Source: an uncultured archaeon (GTDB lineage Archaea > Thermoproteota > Nitrososphaeria > Nitrososphaerales > Gagatemarchaeaceae). Taken from it: a stretch of DNA of 64,000 bases. Below, piece after piece: positions 58,753 through 64,000 of this stretch (position 1 is the stretch's first letter; each line of letters starts with the position of its first letter). A model generated the notes under the pieces. That model made no database searches, was not told the DNA's origin, and was given only the letters and a program-made list of their open reading frames with translations. A program made the position numbers and the translations under genes. Location of the stretch: NCBI GenBank assembly GCA_963817525.1, contig CAWFOU010000007.1, positions 992,001 through 1,056,000 on the forward strand, in the 5' to 3' direction.

Positions 58753-59490
58753 TTGACAATGAAGACCGAGACTAGGAGAATCGCAATCGTCATAACGGTG
58801 GTTGTCGTGATTTTGATTGCGGCGGTCGCCTTCTCTAGGCTAAGTTCTACTACTGGCAGCTCTTCATCGACTTATATTTCGTCAAACTCGGAACTCTACT
58901 CAACATCCTCGTCGACCACTTCGCAACTAGGTCTCCAACTCATTGCGTCCATAAACTCTTCTTCAATCACAGTGGGTAAGAATCTGAGCGTTTCGATCTC
59001 ACTCTTGAATACTCTTCCGACTGTCAACGCTGTTCCAGCATCCAATACCTGGGCATTCCAAGGAGTGGCCGTTAACCTGTGGGGCGTGTGCTTCGGTGAA
59101 TATCCAGTGGAGGTCGCGGTACTCAAAGGCAACTACACGGCCCAAGAACTCCCATCAGTCGCTAATTCAACATTCGCATATACGTGCGCAGCATTCATCC
59201 AACTCAACCAGGTTATCTTTCACCCGAGCAGCGAAGAAGCGAACGTCACGGGGGTGGGCCCAGGACCTGGGGTGGATCAGACTCTCGGACCTTTTCACCT
59301 TGCGCTTAATTTCACGACTAGCGGTTACTGGGACCTGCAGAGCCTTTCGGAGCAACAGAACTTACCGCTCTTGTCGCCTGGAGGAGCCCTAAACCTAACG
59401 AGTACCAAGTTCGTTCCCGGGACATACACCGTCGCCGTTGCTGATGAGTGGGGACAGATGCAAATACTCCACTTTACCGTGACGGCTTGA
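58753..59490 (+). CDS. Membrane-anchored extracellular Ig-like protein
   Basis: TM, S/T linker, GLQL..SINSS.I.VG.NL.VSISL.N ... PGTYTVAVADEWGQ. Confidence 0.78.
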   Translation: MTMKTETRRIAIVITVVVVILIAAVAFSRLSSTTGSSSSTYISSNSELYSTSSSTTSQLGLQLIASINSSSITVGKNLSVSISLLNTLPTVNAVPASNTWAFQGVAVNLWGVCFGEYPVEVAVLKGNYTAQELPSVANSTFAYTCAAFIQLNQVIFHPSSEEANVTGVGPGPGVDQTLGPFHLALNFTTSGYWDLQSLSEQQNLPLLSPGGALNLTSTKFVPGTYTVAVADEWGQMQILHFTVTA

Positions 59491-60108
59491 CCTGATGAAC
59501 CATCTGTCATTCCTAGCAGGCTTGCGTCTTTCTTTCTATGATAGCGGACCACTCGAGAAGGATATTCGAGCTCACCCCACGGGGCATTTGCCTAAGCTCG
59601 CGGTAAAGCCAGCCGCTGCCTCCGCCGAACGACATTGTATGGATCTCAGGGAGGCGCGCCTAAAACCATCTGGCAAATAGGCGGTTTTTACAACCCTCCC
59701 ATTGGATTCGCTTAAAACATCAATTGCATCCCTTCCGGCCCATTCCTAGCAAGGTCAGAATATGTTGCGTTTGACTAATGAAGCTAGAAACGCGCTAATC
59801 TGGGTCAGCATTCCCCGCCACACGGGGCCTATATTTTTGGGCAGACGGTAACGATGAGCGGGCCCGACGGGGTCAGTTTGGCTTATTTTCTCAGCCTGGC
59901 ATTGAATTGCAACAATTGGTTGGGTGGCGAGCTTCGACCAGGATACTTTCGTCTTGAGGATTTGAATTGAGGCTGCCAAAGGAACCTCTCAGCAAAATCA
60001 CGGGGAATCAGCTCCGTTGACTCGCTATAGGGAATTGCTCGCAACGACCAGCACGCCTCAGCTCCTGGAGCGCCAAGGCACCGAGGCTTGACGCTGTCGA
60101 TGAAAGTC

Positions 60109-62067
60109 TCAGGCAGATGGTAGCTTGGGGAGGCCTATGGCCTTCCGGAGAGCGATGAACCTCGGATCGTCCCGGACTCCCTTCAGCTCATGATCGGCGT
60201 TTATCCAGATCATCCCGCCGTCGTGGGTGTCGTAGGCGACCTGTAACCAGCGAAACCCTTCGTCGACGTCCCCGAGGGCGAAACGGACCGGCGCTATCTG
60301 GTAAGGGCTGACTTGCTGCTGGACGTACTCTGACTCGACCTTTCTCAGGACCGCGCGAGCCTCTTCCGACCTCTTCATCCCAGCCAGCAGGTATGCCCTC
60401 ATAAGTTCCAACGAGCGCACCTTCCTCGGCAGCCTCCCCAGTTTCTCAAGCTCCTTCGCTGCATCGTCGATTCTCCCGCTGAGGACGTACGCCAGGATGA
60501 TGTTCGTCGCACCCCACGAAGCGAGCATAAGGGAAGGGTCCAGGTCGTTCGCCCGCTTGAACCACTCGATCGCCTTGTCGAAGTCGCCCTGGTAGTAGTA
60601 TGCCGCACCCATGTTGTGGTTCATTATCACTGAGAGAGGGTCGAGCTGGATCGCGATAGCCATCTCATTTTCCGCGTCCCGGAGGCGGTGCTGAGCTCCC
60701 AGGAAGTGAGAATACCACTGGTGGGCGGCCGAATAGTTAGGTTTCAGTTCGATTGCTCTCCTGAACTCGGCCTCCGCCCCGTCCCAGTCGTGCGAATAGT
60801 AATTGGGCACACCCGCTAGCGCGGTGTGGGCCTCGGCGAGGCTTTCGTCCAGCTTTAGGGCCTTCATGGCGAACTCCTTCGCTTTCTCAAAGTTCGGAGC
60901 AGGTTCACCCGGCCCGTTCCTCCCCATCACATTGTAGCAGTCGGCCAGCCCGGAGTAACCCAGCGCGAAGTCCTTGTCCATCTCGACGGCTTTTTCGAAA
61001 TAGGCGACCGCCTTCAGGAGTCCTTCGTCACTCCTCTCGTTCCAATAGTGCCTACCCTTCAGGTAGAGCATGTATGCCTCGGTATCCTCGGTCGGCTTTC
61101 TCTCGAGCCTGGCCCTCTCAGAACTCACTAATTTGACAGACAGATCTCCGGCTACCTTTTCGGCGATCTCGCTCTGGATCGCGAATATGTCATCCAGCTG
61201 CCTGTCATAGTTCCGTGCCCAGATGTGGCCTTCTGTGGCCGCGTCAATGAGCTGCACCGTTATCCTGACCCTGTTTCCGGCCTTTCTCACGCTTCCCTGG
61301 ACAAGGCTGCCTACGTTGAGTTCCCTTGCGATCTCCGAGATTCCCTTCTGCGTCGACCTGTACTTCATGACGGACGTCCTGGCTATCACCATGAGCCCCC
61401 GGATTCCGGAAAGCGAAGTGATGAGCTCCTCCGTCATTCCGTCCGAGAGGTACACATCTGCCGAGTCAGGGCTCATGTTGGCGAAAGGTAGGACCGCGAT
61501 GCGCTTCACGTCCAGACGAACCGGCTCGGGCTTTTCCGAGAGGCCCCACGGCATCACAGCCCTGAAAACCTCCACGGGTGTGGTGACGTTCTTCAGCTGT
61601 TTCGACCCAAGGCTCTCCAGTCGAATCTCGAACTTGTTGTCGACTTGATCATAGACCTGCCGTGTGACGCAGACTCCCCCGTTCTCAGCTAGGGATTCGA
61701 TCCTTGAAGCGATATTCACGGCGTCTCCGGAGATGTCCCCTTCAGAGGAGACCACGTCACCCAGATGAACACCGATTCGAAGGACAATCCTCCGTTCCTC
61801 GGGCACCGCAGTGTTGAGCTCCCGGACCGTCCTCTGTATGTCGTATGCGCACCTGACCGCATCGAGGGCGCTGGCAAACTCCACCATGAAGGCGTCCCCG
61901 ATGGTCTTGACCTCTCTTCCTCTGTGCCTGGCAAGAATGGGCCTCACGAGCTTTCTTTGCTCCTCGACAAGAGCGAGCGAGAGGGCCTCATTTCTTTGTG
62001 TCATCAATGTGTAGCCCACCATGTCGGTGAACATGATGGCGGCCAATCTCCTCTCCCCCAGTGACAT
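60109..62067 (-). CDS. Class III adenylate/guanylate cyclase + TolB-like + TPR protein
   Basis: FTDMVGYT, KTIGDA, RIGVHLGDV, GDAVNIASR, IAVLPFANMS, multiple TPRs. Confidence 0.92.
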   Translation of the reverse strand: MSLGERRLAAIMFTDMVGYTLMTQRNEALSLALVEEQRKLVRPILARHRGREVKTIGDAFMVEFASALDAVRCAYDIQRTVRELNTAVPEERRIVLRIGVHLGDVVSSEGDISGDAVNIASRIESLAENGGVCVTRQVYDQVDNKFEIRLESLGSKQLKNVTTPVEVFRAVMPWGLSEKPEPVRLDVKRIAVLPFANMSPDSADVYLSDGMTEELITSLSGIRGLMVIARTSVMKYRSTQKGISEIARELNVGSLVQGSVRKAGNRVRITVQLIDAATEGHIWARNYDRQLDDIFAIQSEIAEKVAGDLSVKLVSSERARLERKPTEDTEAYMLYLKGRHYWNERSDEGLLKAVAYFEKAVEMDKDFALGYSGLADCYNVMGRNGPGEPAPNFEKAKEFAMKALKLDESLAEAHTALAGVPNYYSHDWDGAEAEFRRAIELKPNYSAAHQWYSHFLGAQHRLRDAENEMAIAIQLDPLSVIMNHNMGAAYYYQGDFDKAIEWFKRANDLDPSLMLASWGATNIILAYVLSGRIDDAAKELEKLGRLPRKVRSLELMRAYLLAGMKRSEEARAVLRKVESEYVQQQVSPYQIAPVRFALGDVDEGFRWLQVAYDTHDGGMIWINADHELKGVRDDPRFIALRKAIGLPKLPSA

Positions 62068-62199
62068 GAGCTGAGAACCAAACGGCCCCAGTGGCGATAA
62101 ATCCGTTTCGGGTCCTGACGCTTTGTGTTGGTCGCCCTTCCATCATCAGCTTCCGATCTGAACCCTAAGGTGGTCGGTTCCCTTCCGGTCCGCTCCAAT

Positions 62200-63102
62200 T
62201 CAAAGTGAGGTCTTTGCGTCTGTGTCCAAGAACTCGAGAGATGCCCAATCGTTGATTTCCTGACCGGTCTTACCAGGGTCCAACGAGAGTCCGAGCTGAT
62301 ACGACATGCCCGGGTCGTCCGCGATCACGAAATCGTCCATCTCTCTTCCACCCGCATAGTCGCGAAAGCCCGCAAACAGCGATCTGCTGACGTGCGCACC
62401 GAGCGCCTCCAGCAGATCCTTCAGCGGACCCCTTTGAGAGGGCAAGCCAGAAGAGGAGAAGATCCAGAGCACCTCCAAACCATCGCGGTTGACGGGGGCC
62501 CAGCTGGCGTCCTTGTATCCGTCGACTCCGCCGGTCAGCACCGCCAGGTCTTCCTGGATCGAGTCTTGCAGAGAGCCCTTTCCTATGGCGCGGTCCAAAA
62601 CCAGGGCGACCCGTTTGTAGTCGGTCCCGTCCGACGTCAAACTTGCTAGGATCTTCGGAGGGCTCCCGTCCACGGCGTTGATGGTGGCGGTCGCGGACGT
62701 AGAGCCGTGGGCCACGGCAAGGGATTCTTTTTCACACCTGACGCGGTAGCTCCGACTCCCGTCGGTCTCGAAGTACAGGAAGAAGGCCCAAACCTCCTTG
62801 CCCATCATCTTCGAACGGAGGGCCGGGGCTCTTACGGTCCCCTGAAGGTCTCCTCGCACAAATCCGGAGCATGCAAAAAGGCGTGATCGTTCTCCCAAGG
62901 TGATCTGCACGGACTCCCCGCCGGAGCCGAATTCGGTCGTCGACCATCGCGCCGGAGAGCCCCCGACGAGGGACGTCTTCGCCTCCCAGCGATTTTGTTG
63001 CCCGGGGGCCGGCTGCATCAAGAAAAAGTACTGGGCAAAGCCCTCGCCCGCAGATGCCTGCTTCAGCTTGAGACTATCCTTTTGATTCTTGAGAGTGATC
63101 AA
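62200..63102 (-). CDS. Hypothetical protein
   Basis: 300-aa ORF; no motif recognised. Confidence 0.55.
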   Translation of the reverse strand: MITLKNQKDSLKLKQASAGEGFAQYFFLMQPAPGQQNRWEAKTSLVGGSPARWSTTEFGSGGESVQITLGERSRLFACSGFVRGDLQGTVRAPALRSKMMGKEVWAFFLYFETDGSRSYRVRCEKESLAVAHGSTSATATINAVDGSPPKILASLTSDGTDYKRVALVLDRAIGKGSLQDSIQEDLAVLTGGVDGYKDASWAPVNRDGLEVLWIFSSSGLPSQRGPLKDLLEALGAHVSRSLFAGFRDYAGGREMDDFVIADDPGMSYQLGLSLDPGKTGQEINDWASLEFLDTDAKTSL

Positions 63103-63372
63103 GCATCCCTTGGTCCCGTCGGCTTGGGGGAATAACTGGTATTCCGCTTCGATGCCGTCGACCGAGCAGACAACTGGCGTATCGCCGCAAACTGGGAGAC
63201 AAATATAACAGGTTTTGCCTCGCAGGCGAACGAAGTCTCGGCTGCTGAATCTGGCCGCGAAGAGTCCTTATCGAAAGCCTTCCGCCATCGCCACTGCCAA
63301 CATCATAAACCTGTCCGACCGGAAAGGGCCTGTTTGGGGGCGAGCCTCGCCAGCCCCCGAGGAGCCACCCTC

Positions 63373-63528
63373 TTACATCATCTTCATTTCCTTCATCATC
63401 TGGCCGCAGCCGTCACACGTCATCATCATCGACTTCATGGACATCGGTCCCATCTTCATCTCGTGACAGGTTGGGCACATCATCACTGCCTCTTCCATCA
63501 TCAACATTTTCTTATCGCTCATGGTCAT
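63373..63528 (-). CDS. 51-aa Met-rich double-CxxC microprotein (not in ORF track)
   Basis: MTMSDKKMLMMEEAVMMCPTCHEMKMGPMSMKSMMMTCDGCGQMMKEMKMM; GGGGGTGA ribosome-binding site and ATTATATA box upstream. Confidence 0.78.
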   Translation of the reverse strand: MTMSDKKMLMMEEAVMMCPTCHEMKMGPMSMKSMMMTCDGCGQMMKEMKMM

Positions 63529-63706
63529 TTTTTCACTTCACCCCCGCAGATATCCGAGCTTCCTATTCCTTGGAGACTATATAATTCCTCTTGACGATAA
63601 AATCCGAAAATTTATTCCTTGGTTATTATGATTATGAGTAAGATTTCGGCCGACTGGTTATTTCTCCGGGGAATGAGCGACGACTCGGGCCGAAAAGTGA
63701 GCCCCG

Positions 63707-64000
63707 TCAGAGAACGAGCGCGATGGCCCTGCAGGGGCTCGCGCTCCCGCCCACCAGCGCCAGCGGGGCGCCGACGAAGACGAACCTCTTGCCCATCACC
63801 TTCTCCAGGTTCGCCAGGTTCTCGAAGATCACGACCTTCTTCGGGAGGAGCGTCTTGTGGGCCACGAACGGGGGCCTGTCCGGGCTGGGGGAGTCCATCC
63901 CGACCGCCTCGAAGCCCCTCTCGATTATCAGGTTGCACGCATCCTTCGTAAGGTCCGGGTAGTCCAGCCAGTCCGGGGTCTTGCTCTTCGCGGTGTAGCC
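63707..64000 (-). CDS. Cyclase/kynurenine formamidase family protein, 3' part
   Basis: GMDSPSPD...AHK.LL...IFENLANL...F.FVGAPL...GGSASPCRAIA; runs off the window. Confidence 0.85.
   Translation of the reverse strand, partial: GYTAKSKTPDWLDYPDLTKDACNLIIERGFEAVGMDSPSPDRPPFVAHKTLLPKKVVIFENLANLEKVMGKRFVFVGAPLALVGGSASPCRAIALVL

Larger units (their letters stand above)
53903..59743 (+). mobile_element. Decayed integrative element at tRNA-Ile
   Basis: Perfect 16-bp direct repeat ATCCCTTCCGGCCCAT at 53903-53918 and 59728-59743; integrase remnant; lower-GC cargo. Confidence 0.85.

Noticed and set aside
63215-63594. His-rich and Ile-rich plus-strand ORFs
   Set aside because: CAT/ATC codons are the antisense of the ATG-rich minus-strand gene, which has the ribosome-binding site, TATA box and CxxC motifs.

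Overview
A 64-kb stretch of a GC-rich archaeal chromosome. Intron-containing tRNAs with bulge-helix-bulge (BHB) junctions, TATA-type promoters, an archaeal Hsp20, PQQ beta-propellers and the integrase type suggest, by inference, a non-ammonia-oxidising Nitrososphaerota/Thaumarchaeota lineage. The backbone holds housekeeping and metabolic genes (ppa, fhs, class II HMG-CoA reductase, a PurD-like ligase, ABC transporters, two PQQ dehydrogenase-like genes, a DEAH helicase, a HerA-like ATPase, an exosortase with an adjacent substrate) and five tRNAs. Three tRNA-anchored islands are present: at tRNA-Ala(GGC) (intact integrase, left end not visible), at tRNA-Gly(GCC) (no integrase, 19/21-bp att repeat) and at tRNA-Ile(GAT) (integrase remnant, 16-bp att repeat). 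Each island, or the low-GC region inferred to belong to it, carries a secreted thermopsin-like or G1 glutamic-peptidase-like gene next to a small membrane-anchored partner, four pairs in total. This recurring cassette is the best candidate for an undescribed system. Other strong leads are arrays of 21-bp palindromes with co-varying arms at 34-35-bp period, a low-GC AbrB + proteasome-beta-like operon, and an unannotated 51-aa protein that is 19/51 methionine with two CxxC motifs. All calls come from reading motifs by eye; no database searches were run.
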